Part shown: positions 1-9,480 of the stretch, piece after piece | Numbering within the stretch: the first letter of the stretch is position 1 | How the letters are laid out: every line of letters starts with the position of its first letter | Assembly (NCBI GenBank): GCA_046075565.1 | Contig: JBJTQJ010000082.1 | Coordinates: 1-64,000, forward strand | Length of the DNA: 64,000 nucleotides | From: Verrucomicrobiales bacterium | GTDB lineage: Bacteria > Verrucomicrobiota > Verrucomicrobiia > Verrucomicrobiales > SLCJ01 | Direction: 5' to 3' | The notes under the pieces: generated by a model | Told to the model about the DNA's origin: nothing | The model's database searches: none | The model's input: the letters and a program-made list of their open reading frames with translations, nothing else | Translations under genes and position numbers: made by a program

Positions 1-513
1 CGGCTTCCGGAATTCGCGGCCGCCGTCATCGAACGGGAGGCGGACATTCGCCGCGCCGCCGCTCGATTCGCCGAAACAAAAAACGCGTTTTTCATCGGAC
101 GTGGATACCACCACGCCACCGCACTCGAAGGTGCGCTGAAATTGAAAGAGATCTCCTACATCCACGCTGAAGGTTATCACGCCGCCGAACTCAAGCACGG
201 CCCGATCGCCTTGCTCGAACCGGCCGTGCCGGTCGTCGCCATCGCCACCAGCGGCCCCGGGCGCGAGAAAACCCTCTCCAACATCGCCGAATGCCGCGCC
301 AGATCATCTCCCGTCATTGGCTTGTTCACCGATGGCGATGAAGAAGCTGCCGCTTCGGTGGAGGATGCCATTTTCCTCCCCGAGTGTCCGCATGCCGTTT
401 CGGTGATTCCCGCTAGCATTGCACTCCAGCTCTTCGCCTATCATGTCGCGGCCGCGCGCGGATGCCCCATCGACCAACCGCGCAACCTCGCCAAAAGCGT
501 GACCGTGGAGTGA
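1..513 (+). CDS. glmS: Glutamine--fructose-6-phosphate aminotransferase, C-terminal part (5' truncated by window)
   Basis: Frame open from base 1; SIS-domain motifs ALEGALKLKEISYIHAEG, ELKHGP and terminal DQPRNLAKSVTVE. Confidence 0.97.
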   Translation, partial: RLPEFAAAVIEREADIRRAAARFAETKNAFFIGRGYHHATALEGALKLKEISYIHAEGYHAAELKHGPIALLEPAVPVVAIATSGPGREKTLSNIAECRARSSPVIGLFTDGDEEAAASVEDAIFLPECPHAVSVIPASIALQLFAYHVAAARGCPIDQPRNLAKSVTVE

Positions 514-613
514 TGGAGTGGAGCGTCACTATCCCTGCACGGATTGCGCAGCAAGGGCCTCATCAAGCCGTGCCGCTACAAACCCAGATTGTTTCCGTCG
601 TCTTGCGCTGCGA

Positions 614-1729
614 TTACACGTTAAACAGGAACTCAACCACGTCGCCGTCCTGCACGACATACTCCTTGCCTTCGCTGCGGAGCTTGCCGAGTTCGCGGGC
701 TTTGGCCATGGTGCCACAGGACACGAGGTCGTCGTAAGGAACGATTTCTGCACGGATGAACCCGCGTTCGAAGTCGGTATGAATGACGCCAGCCGCAGCA
801 GGAGCCTTGTCTCCGGCGTGGATCGTCCAGGCCCTCGTCTCCTTTTTACCGGTGGTCAGGTAAGTGCGCAGGCCGAGCAGTGAATAAACCGCACGGATCA
901 ACCCCGAGACCCCGCTGTCCGTCACCCCGAGTGCGGCGAAGTATTCGCGGGCGTCCTCAGGGGCGAGTTCGATCATTTCCTCTTCTATGCGCGCGCTGAT
1001 CACAACGGCTGCGGCATCGTGCGAAGCGGCAACAAAGTTGCGCACCTTCGACACATGGGGGTGGGCATCGGGATTCGCTTGGGCGGATCCGAGTTCATCC
1101 TCGGCCACGTTGCACGCAAAGATGGTCGGCTTTGCACTGAGGAGGAAGAATTCCTTCATCAGTTTCGCCTCGTCGGGCGCGAGTTCGATGGTCACGGCCG
1201 GTTTGCCCGCGTCGAGATGGGGCATCAGCTTGTCGATGAGCGCTACCTCGGCTTGGGAAACCTTGTCGCCGGTCTTCGCCTTTTTCTCGCGGGTGGAGCG
1301 GCGTTTTTCAAGGCTGGCCATATCGGCGAGAATCAACTCGCTGTTGATAATCTCGATATCGCGGAGCGGATCGACCGAACCCATCTCGTGGATGATGTCG
1401 TCGTTGTCGAAACAACGCACGACCTGCACGACGGCATCCACCTCGCGGATATTGGCGAGGAACTGGTTGCCCAGCCCGGCTCCTTCGCTCGCGCCTTTCA
1501 CCAAGCCGGCGATGTCGACGAACTCGATGGCCGCGGGAACGACTTTTTCGCTATTCGAGAGTTTCGAAAGCACGGCGAGCCGCTCATCAGGCACGACCAC
1601 GACACCGACATTCGGGTCGATGGTGCAAAACGGATAGTTCGCCGCCTCGGCCTTGCGGCTTCGGGTGACGGCATTAAAAAGGGTGGATTTCCCCACATTG
1701 GGCAGACCTACGATTCCGGCTTTGAGCAT
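614..1729 (-). CDS. ychF: Redox-regulated ATPase YchF (Obg family)
   Basis: GIVGLPNVGKSTLFN, NYPFCTIDPN, DIAGLVKGASEGAGLGNQFL, C-terminal EGKEYVVQDGD. Confidence 0.97.
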   Translation of the reverse strand: MLKAGIVGLPNVGKSTLFNAVTRSRKAEAANYPFCTIDPNVGVVVVPDERLAVLSKLSNSEKVVPAAIEFVDIAGLVKGASEGAGLGNQFLANIREVDAVVQVVRCFDNDDIIHEMGSVDPLRDIEIINSELILADMASLEKRRSTREKKAKTGDKVSQAEVALIDKLMPHLDAGKPAVTIELAPDEAKLMKEFFLLSAKPTIFACNVAEDELGSAQANPDAHPHVSKVRNFVAASHDAAAVVISARIEEEMIELAPEDAREYFAALGVTDSGVSGLIRAVYSLLGLRTYLTTGKKETRAWTIHAGDKAPAAAGVIHTDFERGFIRAEIVPYDDLVSCGTMAKARELGKLRSEGKEYVVQDGDVVEFLFNV

Positions 1730-1735
1730 CGGCCT

Positions 1736-1763
1736 ACCCTAGCGAGCATGGAGCCCGCTTCAA
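1736..1763 (-). promoter_or_regulatory. Putative sigma70 promoter of ychF (leaderless geometry)
   Basis: Minus strand TTGAAG-16nt-TAGGGT-6nt-ATG, no Shine-Dalgarno. Confidence 0.45.
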
Positions 1764-1825
1764 CCGCGATGACGGGCCGAATTTCGGCCTCGATTCACGA
1801 CGCGGTGGGGCTCAAAAATGGCAAC

Positions 1826-2260
1826 TCAAGAGGCAATGACATTCACGCCCTTCAGACCAAAAAGCGGGGCAGCCGCGAGAAAATGGCGATCATTGGAATA
1901 GACTTCCTTGAAGCTATTTTCGGCGGCGCAGGCAAGATGCAGGGCATCGGCGGCACGGAGAAAGGTGTGGCGCGGCATTCTGGCGAATCGGCCGGCCATG
2001 CCCGCTAAGAGTGCCGGGCCGAGCGGAAGCCACATGATGCCATCATTGGCTTGGTCTAGGGCAAATTGGTCGAGCGCAGCCGCAAAGACTTCCGCAGCGA
2101 TCCGGCCTTCGCGAAAGGCACGATGCAATGCCGCGGGCAATTCAGCCTGCCCATGACTGGCCGCGCAGATGCGTTGAACGGCGCAAAGTTGACGCACCTG
2201 CTCGCTTCCCGGTTCAGCCAAGTAAAGGCGGACCAGATAACTGGTGTCGCAATAGATCAT
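1826..2260 (-). CDS. vapC: PIN-domain (VapC-type) toxin
   Basis: MIYCDTSYLVRLY...EPGS, LRAADALHLACA, SND motifs; start overlaps the antitoxin stop (ATGA). Confidence 0.88.
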   Translation of the reverse strand: MIYCDTSYLVRLYLAEPGSEQVRQLCAVQRICAASHGQAELPAALHRAFREGRIAAEVFAAALDQFALDQANDGIMWLPLGPALLAGMAGRFARMPRHTFLRAADALHLACAAENSFKEVYSNDRHFLAAAPLFGLKGVNVIAS

Positions 2261-2535
2261 AGTTCTGGATCGGCTTTGATGTCGCTCACGATGTCGTCGA
2301 TCGAGCGGCAACCCGGGGTCGACTTCATCTGCCCGGCCTCGGAGAGGCGCTGGAACTCAGGCAGCAGTTTCCGATTCGCCCAATAGGACGGAAGGGGATC
2401 CTCGTCGGCTACCGACACGCCGAGTTCCTTTTCGAGGGAGGTCAATACAATCTGCTTGAGGGTCTGCCCACGTTCGATGGCCCGAATTTTTGCCATCTTG
2501 TAGAGCGCTTCGGGGATTTCTATCGTGGTTTTCAT
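2257..2535 (-). CDS. Ribbon-helix-helix antitoxin (VapB-like)
   Basis: MKTTIEIPEALYKMAKIRAIERGQTLKQIV N-terminus typical of RHH antitoxins; coupled to the PIN gene. Confidence 0.85.
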   Translation of the reverse strand: MKTTIEIPEALYKMAKIRAIERGQTLKQIVLTSLEKELGVSVADEDPLPSYWANRKLLPEFQRLSEAGQMKSTPGCRSIDDIVSDIKADPEL

Positions 2536-2541
2536 CAGCAC

Positions 2542-2569
2542 AAGATACGGAAATACGGATTCCCGTCAA
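2542..2569 (-). promoter_or_regulatory. TA operon promoter with TCCGTAT direct-repeat operator
   Basis: Minus strand TTGACG-16nt-TATCTT-6nt-ATG; tandem TCCGTAT-T-TCCGTAT overlaps spacer and -10. Confidence 0.65.
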
Positions 2570-2651
2570 TATGGTTTGCCGTCCGCCAGTCATACACCAA
2601 TCTGTAAATATGCCAGACATATTTAAATTGACACAGGAGTGGCTGGGGCGC

Positions 2652-3248
2652 TCAACCGCGCGGCAGGGACGCAGGTCCGTCGCCACCGAACACCCGCCGG
2701 CGCTCGGCGGCATCGAGTTCGCGCCAAGAACCCGCTGGCAGGCCGCTGAGGGGAAAACTCCCGATGGCCACTCGGATGAGCCGGAGGGTCGGATGGCCGA
2801 TAGCGGCGGTCATCCGCCGGACCTGGCGGTTCTTTCCTTCGGTGAGGGTTAGCTCGATCCAGGTGTCGGGAATGGAAAGCCGGACCCGGATGGGCGGGTC
2901 CCGAGGCGGGTGGGCGGGAGCCACCTCCAACAGTCGAACCTGGCAGGGCGCGGTGCGATGGCCCCGCAGGTCAATTCCGCCTTTGCGCAAACGAGCCAGT
3001 GTCTCCTCCGATGGAATTCCCTCGACCTGGTCATGATAGGTGCGCGGATGCCCGTGCTGCGGATTTAGCAAACGATCCACGAGATCCTTTTCATCGCTCA
3101 AGAGAAGGAGGCCTTCCGAATCGGCATCGAGCCGCCCGATGGGATAGACCCCGGGCGGAAAACCAAAGTCAGCGAGCACCCGCTGGCCCGGGTGGTCAGG
3201 CGTGAACTGCGAGAGCACGCCGTAGGGTTTATGGAAGGCCAAGAGCAT
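2652..3248 (-). CDS. rRNA pseudouridine synthase (RluE-like, RsuA family)
   Basis: FHKPYGVLSQF, GRLDADSEGLLLL, EGKNRQVRRMTAAIGHPTLRLIR; no S4 domain. Confidence 0.92.
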   Translation of the reverse strand: MLLAFHKPYGVLSQFTPDHPGQRVLADFGFPPGVYPIGRLDADSEGLLLLSDEKDLVDRLLNPQHGHPRTYHDQVEGIPSEETLARLRKGGIDLRGHRTAPCQVRLLEVAPAHPPRDPPIRVRLSIPDTWIELTLTEGKNRQVRRMTAAIGHPTLRLIRVAIGSFPLSGLPAGSWRELDAAERRRVFGGDGPASLPRG

Positions 3249-3281
3249 AGCCCGGATTTCTCACAAATTCGAAAGCCGGTC

Positions 3282-3458
3282 AAATGACGAAGCACCCAAA
3301 CACCCAAGCAGGAAAGAATGATGAACTCCGAAACCCGAAGAAACAGACCGCAGGCCATTCGTCGTGGCATACCCCCGTTTGGGGCTTTGGCATTCGGAGT
3401 TCCTTGGATATTTGGCATGCCCTTCAAAGCTTTGGCAAAGCAGGGGTATTTCGTCATT
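3282..3458. repeat. Imperfect inverted repeat built of 8-mers; right arm interrupted by a ~29-nt insert
   Basis: Left arm AAATGACGAAGCACCCAAACACCCAAG (3282-3308) pairs with CTTGGATATTTGG[insert]GGTATTTCGTCATT (3403-3458). Confidence 0.65.
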
Positions 3459-3585
3459 CTTCATTTTCCGCTTATCAACTTAGGTGTGAGAAATGCAAGA
3501 TGCAGGGAGGAACCGCGAATGGATGTTTTAGACAAACCTCCGAATTTATTCGTGGTTCTTCGTGTCCATTCGTGGTTTCCCTGCA

Positions 3586-6417
3586 TCAGACCCCGAGGCG
3601 CGCGCGGGCGGCAGCGAGGATGTTTTGTTTCGCCTCACGTTCCGGCACTGCCCCGCGGGCGGATTCGGGATTTCCTCCGCCTTTTCCACCCCCAAGGGCG
3701 GCGAGCTCTTGGAGAATGCTCCCTGCTTTGTGTCCGGCAGCTTGGCCATCCGGTCCGCAAAAGACCGCGACGTGGAGTTTGCTGGCATCGTCAACCAACA
3801 GCACTGCGGAACCGGTGAACTGTTTTTTCTTCAGGCCGTTGAGCAACTCCTGCAAAAGCGCGGCTTCGCCATCGACATCGTAAACGAGCGCGGGCGGACC
3901 ACCGGCGAGCAATTCCGCGAGCGCGGCATCGGCGGCGCGGGCGGCGGCGGCGGTTTCGAGTTTGCGCGCTTGCTTCTCCGCTTCAACGGCGGTCTCCTTC
4001 ACCTGCTCAAGCAGATGGCAGGCGGAGGCAAAGGTGCCATTGATTTGCGCGACATCTGCATTCTCGACCATCATCGCCTCCATGATGTGGGGCAACTCCG
4101 GGGCCTTGAGGGGCGCACCGCCGAGGCCATGCAGCCGCGCATTTGCGGTGGAGAGTTTAGCTTCAGAGGCGGCCAGTTCCTCGCGCAATTTCGCGGCCGT
4201 CGCGCGGAGGTGATTCCACGCGGACTCCCCGCAGACGGCTTCGATGCGGCGCACGCCCGCCGCGATGGCTCCTTCCGATTTGATTTTGAAAAATCCGATT
4301 TCGCTGGTCTGGCGCACGTGGGTGCCGCCGCAGAGTTCCATGCTGTAGCCGTCAAGGGCTCCGGGCGTGCCGCCGGCCTGAACCACCCGGACTTTTTCGC
4401 CGTATTTGTCGCCGAAGAATTGCATGATGTCCTTGCGGTTCTTCACGTCCGCATGGAGCACCTCGGCATATCCGACGAAGGCGTCTTCCTTCACTTTTTC
4501 ATTCACCAAGACTTCGATGGCCGCGATGTCATCGGGTTTTACGGCCGAACCGGCGAAGTCGAAACGCAAACGATCCGTATCGACCAGCGATCCCTGTTGA
4601 GTGGCATCACCACCGACCACTTCGTGTAGCGCCCAATGGAGCAGGTGCGTGGCGGTGTGATGCGCTTCGATGGGACGCCGGCGCGCGGGGTCAATGGCTA
4701 ACAAAACTTTGTCACCCGCCTGGACGGCCGAACCGGTGGGCACGACATGAGCGCGCGCATTGCCGATTTGCTGGACGGCGGAGACAACCAGAACCTCTCC
4801 CGAGGCGAGAGTGAGGCTGCCGGTATCACCAACCTGACCACCCATCTCGGCGTAGAACGGGGAACGATCGGTGATGACGAACAATGCCTCATCCTGAGGA
4901 TGTATTTTGAGCACGGTGGCCGTGCTTTGATCCTCGCCGTAGCCGGTGAACTCGGTGACGGCGCTGGTGGCGACATCGAGGGCGCGCACAATGACACTGC
5001 CCTGCGTCGCACGCGAGCGCTCGCGTTGCTCCTCCATCAGCTTCTCGAAGCGCGGCATGTCGAGATCGAGTCCGCGTTCTTCGCAAAGCAACTGGGTGAG
5101 ATCGATGGGGAAACCGAAAGTGTCGTAAAGCTGGAAAGCAAAGTCGCCGGAGAGTTTGCCGGGTGAACGGGTGGTTTCTTTCTCGAAAAGATCCAGCCCG
5201 CGATCCAGCGTTTCGTTGAAGGCATTTTCCTCGCGAAGCAGGGTTTCCTTGATCGCGGCGGAGCGGGCGATCACTTCCGGGAAAACATGACCGAAGGTGG
5301 CGGCAAGCGTGTCCACGAGCTGCGGCAGAAAGGCGGTCTTGCCGTCGAAGCCAAGGCGGCGTCCGTAGCGAACGGCGCGGCGGAGGATTCGGCGGAGCAC
5401 ATAATTGCGTCCGTTGTTGCCGGGCAGAATGCCATCGGCGATGGAGAAGGAAAGCGTACGGATGTGATCGGCGATGACGCGGAACGCGATGGCATCGTGG
5501 AGAATCGGATTGTCCGATTTCATCGCATCGGCGCGATCGGCGGGATAGATGTCCGCGTATTTGCGGCCGCTCATTTCCTGGAGGGCGCGGATGAGCGGCT
5601 GGAAGACTCCGGTGTTGTAGTTGGAGATGCGGCGGGTGAAGTCGGTGAAGCCGTTCGTGCCCTGGATGATCGAGCAAGCACGCTCGAAGCCCATCCCGGT
5701 GTCGACGTGTTTGGCGGGCAACTCGCGGAAGCTACCATCGGCCTCGGCATTGTATTGGATGAAGACGAGATTCCAGATCTCGATGCACTGGTCGCTGCTC
5801 TGGTTGACGAGCGCGCCCTGGGTGTCGCCCTGGGGCGTTAGATCAACGTGCAATTCGGAGCAGGGGCCGCAGGGGCCGGTTTCTCCCATCATCCAGAAGT
5901 TGTCCTTTACATTCCCATGCACGATGTGCACGGCCGGATCGAGCCCGGCGGCGGTGAAAAGACGCGCCCAGTATCCATACGCCTCGTCGTCGAATGTTCC
6001 GGGATCTCCTTTGGAGGCGTCGGGAGCATAGACGGTGGCGTAGAGGCGGTTGGCGGGAATACCCCAGGTGCCAATCACCAGATCCCACGCCCACTGGATG
6101 GCTTCCTTCTTGAAGTAATCGCCGAACGACCAGTTCCCCAGCATTTCGAAGCAGGTGTGATGGTAGGTATCGTAGCCGACATCCTCGAGGTCGTTGTGTT
6201 TGCCACCGGCCCGGATGCACTTCTGGGTGTCGGCGGCGCGGGGCGGATTGTAGGGAGCTTTTTCCGTTCCGAGGAAATACGGCACGAACTGGTTCATGCC
6301 CGCGTTCGTGAACAACAATCCAGGCGACTGGGGCAACAGCGAAGCGGAAGGCACGATGGTATGGCCCCGGGTGTTGAAGAAGTCGAGGAAACTCTGGCGG
6401 ATGGCGTCGGCGGTCAT
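3586..6417 (-). CDS. alaS: Alanine--tRNA ligase
   Basis: LLFTNAGMNQF, FEMLGNWSFGDYFK, DTGMGFER, HHTATHLLH, ELCGGTH, DHHA1 GGKGGG. Confidence 0.98.
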   Translation of the reverse strand: MTADAIRQSFLDFFNTRGHTIVPSASLLPQSPGLLFTNAGMNQFVPYFLGTEKAPYNPPRAADTQKCIRAGGKHNDLEDVGYDTYHHTCFEMLGNWSFGDYFKKEAIQWAWDLVIGTWGIPANRLYATVYAPDASKGDPGTFDDEAYGYWARLFTAAGLDPAVHIVHGNVKDNFWMMGETGPCGPCSELHVDLTPQGDTQGALVNQSSDQCIEIWNLVFIQYNAEADGSFRELPAKHVDTGMGFERACSIIQGTNGFTDFTRRISNYNTGVFQPLIRALQEMSGRKYADIYPADRADAMKSDNPILHDAIAFRVIADHIRTLSFSIADGILPGNNGRNYVLRRILRRAVRYGRRLGFDGKTAFLPQLVDTLAATFGHVFPEVIARSAAIKETLLREENAFNETLDRGLDLFEKETTRSPGKLSGDFAFQLYDTFGFPIDLTQLLCEERGLDLDMPRFEKLMEEQRERSRATQGSVIVRALDVATSAVTEFTGYGEDQSTATVLKIHPQDEALFVITDRSPFYAEMGGQVGDTGSLTLASGEVLVVSAVQQIGNARAHVVPTGSAVQAGDKVLLAIDPARRRPIEAHHTATHLLHWALHEVVGGDATQQGSLVDTDRLRFDFAGSAVKPDDIAAIEVLVNEKVKEDAFVGYAEVLHADVKNRKDIMQFFGDKYGEKVRVVQAGGTPGALDGYSMELCGGTHVRQTSEIGFFKIKSEGAIAAGVRRIEAVCGESAWNHLRATAAKLREELAASEAKLSTANARLHGLGGAPLKAPELPHIMEAMMVENADVAQINGTFASACHLLEQVKETAVEAEKQARKLETAAAARAADAALAELLAGGPPALVYDVDGEAALLQELLNGLKKKQFTGSAVLLVDDASKLHVAVFCGPDGQAAGHKAGSILQELAALGGGKGGGNPESARGAVPEREAKQNILAAARARLGV

Positions 6418-6593
6418 GATGGAAAAATGGAGCCGGAAATCTAGACCACCCGACGCCTGAACGCAAAGAGGCGTTCGAATTCGGGGTTAGGAAATCAATG
6501 CCTGCGCCTGAGCAAAAACAAACAAGTTCCCGGTAGAATTGCTCCGGTATCTTCCGGTTATAGACGCTGAGGGGTTCTGACCCGTGGCCGTGA

Positions 6594-6925
6594 GACAAAA
6601 CCCTTGCAGGGTTTTCACTCTCTTTTCTTCGGGTCCCGGGGTAGCCCCGCGTTGCGGGACAACCCCGGGCTTTGGGGCACAATCCCGTTGGGATTGAGAA
6701 GAGAAGAATCGTCGGCAAGAGGCTCGGATTTGGGAGCAATCCGGTTGCGATTGACCCCAATCGGACATCGGGGCAAAACGCGCTTCGAGAGCTTGGGTCC
6801 GCGATGGCAAGCCACGTCCGTGCACGCGAACCCCAACGGGGTTCCGTCCCAAAGCCCGGGGTTGGGCCGAAGGACCTACCCCGGGAATGTTGCACGAGCA
6901 AAATGAACCCTGAAGGGGTTCTGTC
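6594..6925. repeat. REPIN-like element: ~100-bp imperfect inverted arms (6594-6695 and 6829-6925), each with nested hairpins
   Basis: CCCGGGGTAG..CAACCCCGGGCTTTGGG..AA.CCCGTTGGG.TT present in both arms in opposite orientation. Confidence 0.8.
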
Positions 6926-7051
6926 CGGGGCATACCGTTCGCTCCCAAATCTACCGCTCGTTCCACTTAACCCCAGTGGCAGAGCACATCCGTGCTCGCG
7001 AACCACTCCAACGAGGCCTTGTCCCTACGCGTGCTCCCGTTCTGAAATACC

Positions 7052-8494
7052 TCAGGGCTCCGGCTGCTCGACCGGTCCGAAAAAGGCCTTCAAGTCCAAG
7101 CCCGGATCGTGCGGACCCTCTTTCTCGAACAACCCGGCCACACCAGGGGGCATGCCGCGCTGGCGGGATTTCTCTTCTTTCTCTGGATCCACCGGCGCGG
7201 ATGAGGGCACGAAGTCCATGCCCCGGAAGGCGAGTTTCCCTGGCGCCGGATCATAAAGCGGCGGTTCGCCGGTGTAGGGGTCTTTGGAAAGCTCTGGCAG
7301 GTAAGCTGGAACCAGCGCCTTCAAATCGGCCGGCAATTGGTTTTCATGATCGATGCGGTAAAGCGCGAGCCCGATGAGCAAGCGGAGGAGATGATGGCGG
7401 GCGAGGCCTTGGTCATTGATTTGAGCGCCTTTCTCGTAAGGAAAGTGACCGAGATCGATCAGCGCCTCGCCTCCGGCGTTGGGAGCCGGAGAAAATGCCT
7501 TCTTCCACCGATCCGCCTCCGGAGTCGGCCAAACCCGATCACGCGCGGGCATGCTGGAATTCCGGATGCGCATGCGGGCGTCTTCCGCAAGGATAGCGGC
7601 GCATTTGTTTGGCTGGACACGCAATATGGTCCATTGCTCCAGGAGGTTATTGGATAGGGATGTCGAGGCACCGAAAGCCGTCACACCTGAGCCAAAGTTC
7701 CAGACCTGGCGTTTCACATAGACCATCATCTGGCAGGAAAAACGGAATTCTGACTTCCAGGCATTGACCATGGCTTGATCGTCCGCAGGACGACAGGCAT
7801 CGAGCATGGGTAATAGTTGGCGGAGTTGGTCGGCCTCGCCCGCGATCACGGATTGGCGGATATCCGCCGCCAGGACCTCATGCGAGGCATTCTCCGCGGT
7901 CAGCCAGACGAGTCGTCCAATCAGCAAATTCCCCACGGAGCGGGACTTGGCGAGCAAACGCATGGCAAGTGGCGACGCTTGGATCTTCCGATCCGACTCG
8001 TGACCAGAGTGGGCGGCGATAAATGGAGCAGCTCGCAAGGTAGAAAAAATCCTCCTCATTTCTCCGACATCCTCAAAGGAGATATCGAAAGGGGAAATAT
8101 CCTCCGGCCACGGCTTTAGCCCCAGCGGATCCGGCTTCTCACATAACCAAGTCGCTAACGTGGAAGCTCTGGCAAGCTGTGGGCGGAGCTTTTCCGCAAG
8201 TTCGCTTGGAGCCATGGTAGGGGCATCACCACGCAATTCGGAAGTCCACTCATCTCTTGCCTCCTCGTCCACCTTCCACTTCGCCCACTCGGGCGATGAT
8301 GCCAAGGCTTCGAGCAGGGGGATGGTTTTACCTTCCGGCGTGATTTCCAGATCCGGATAAGTTTGCGGTTTACTATCGAAGAGACTGGTTGATAACAAGA
8401 AGAGGTAGATCAAAAGCAAAGAAGGCGTGCCGATGAGCAGCCAGATGCAGCCGCGTTTGGCACTGCGGTTTTGTATCTCCGCCGGAGTGGTCAT
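7052..8494 (-). CDS. Hypothetical membrane-anchored protein
   Basis: Long ORF with N-terminal TM helix; C-terminal [16 protein letters not shown]...DPYTGEP motif; start chosen at MTTPAE. Confidence 0.8.
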   Translation of the reverse strand: MTTPAEIQNRSAKRGCIWLLIGTPSLLLIYLFLLSTSLFDSKPQTYPDLEITPEGKTIPLLEALASSPEWAKWKVDEEARDEWTSELRGDAPTMAPSELAEKLRPQLARASTLATWLCEKPDPLGLKPWPEDISPFDISFEDVGEMRRIFSTLRAAPFIAAHSGHESDRKIQASPLAMRLLAKSRSVGNLLIGRLVWLTAENASHEVLAADIRQSVIAGEADQLRQLLPMLDACRPADDQAMVNAWKSEFRFSCQMMVYVKRQVWNFGSGVTAFGASTSLSNNLLEQWTILRVQPNKCAAILAEDARMRIRNSSMPARDRVWPTPEADRWKKAFSPAPNAGGEALIDLGHFPYEKGAQINDQGLARHHLLRLLIGLALYRIDHENQLPADLKALVPAYLPELSKDPYTGEPPLYDPAPGKLAFRGMDFVPSSAPVDPEKEEKSRQRGMPPGVAGLFEKEGPHDPGLDLKAFFGPVEQPEP

Positions 8495-8696
8495 GCGGTT
8501 ACGGTTGCGCCCGCGAACGAGCGCGGGCAAGGATCGGATGCGAGTTCCGTCGGAAAAATCGGATGCATTTTTCTTTTATAAAAATCTATTGCGACTCCTG
8601 CATCCAGCACGAATCCAGCATCGAAATGATGTGACCGACCGCAGTGATTGCGGACGGGGAAACAAAACCAAAACACAAACAATATCCCCCACTGTC

Positions 8697-9188
8697 ATGT
8701 TGAAAAAAACCACCCTTGCCGTGTTGTCCGTCTTCTGTCTGGCCGTGCCCATCACGCGCGCCGATGAAGCGGAGAAGAAGAACATCGTGGAAACCGCCGT
8801 TGCCGCGGGTTCTTTCAACACCCTCGTTGCCGCCGTGAAAGCGGCCGGTTTGGTCGAGACCCTCTCCGGAGCAGGACCATTCACGGTTTTCGCGCCCACC
8901 GACGAGGCGTTTGCCAAGTTGCCTGCTGGTACGCTTGACGATCTGCTCAAGCCCGAGAACAAGGCCAAGCTGACCGGCATTCTCACCTACCACGTCGTGG
9001 CCGGCAAGGTCATGGCTGCTGACGTGAAGACCGGGGAAGTGGCCACCGTAAATGGTGCCAAGGCCAGCCTCAAGGTCGCCGACGGTGGTGTTACCATCGA
9101 CAAGGCTAAGGTTGTGAAGACCGACATCGAAACAAGCAATGGCGTGATCCACGTCATCGACGCTGTCATCCTTCCGGCCGCCAAGTAA
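8697..9188 (+). CDS. Fasciclin (FAS1) domain secreted protein
   Basis: Signal peptide; [32 protein letters not shown]. Confidence 0.95.
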   Translation: MLKKTTLAVLSVFCLAVPITRADEAEKKNIVETAVAAGSFNTLVAAVKAAGLVETLSGAGPFTVFAPTDEAFAKLPAGTLDDLLKPENKAKLTGILTYHVVAGKVMAADVKTGEVATVNGAKASLKVADGGVTIDKAKVVKTDIETSNGVIHVIDAVILPAAK

Positions 9189-9218
9189 GCGATTCGGCTG
9201 AACAGCTAAAATTCAATC

Positions 9219-9259
9219 AGCCCCCGGTCGGAAACACATTCGACCGGGGGCTTCTTGTT
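9219..9259 (+). terminator. Rho-independent terminator
   Basis: 12-bp stem AGCCCCCGGTCG/CGACCGGGGGCT followed by T-rich tail. Confidence 0.75.
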
Positions 9260-9327
9260 GGGGCACTTGGCCGCCGGTGACCGGAACCAGCGCCGCTCAC
9301 GGGGCCAGGTCGTCACCAACATTGAGA

Positions 9328-9430
9328 CTTTCGATTTTATCAAGCCATGCATGACCGCCGGAGGCTTTGGATTGCGGTGATTCTTTCACCGCTTTGAGGG
9401 TGCTGCCACTTTGTTCAAAGAGGCGGAAGG
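9328..9430 (+). repeat. ~105-bp dispersed repeat with REP-like core; inverted copy at 47648-47753
   Basis: 48-bp core 9355-9402 matches the reverse complement of 47677-47724 at 43/48; flanks also align loosely. Confidence 0.8.
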
Positions 9431-9480
9431 AAAAAGAAATCGATAGAAACAGGAAGCGGGCAATTCGGCAGAATCCCTCC

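Noticed and set aside
6420..7050. T-box or attenuator upstream of alaS
   Set aside because: No T-box consensus or specifier loop found; the structure is explained by an inverted repeat element, and the ORFs here are repeat-derived
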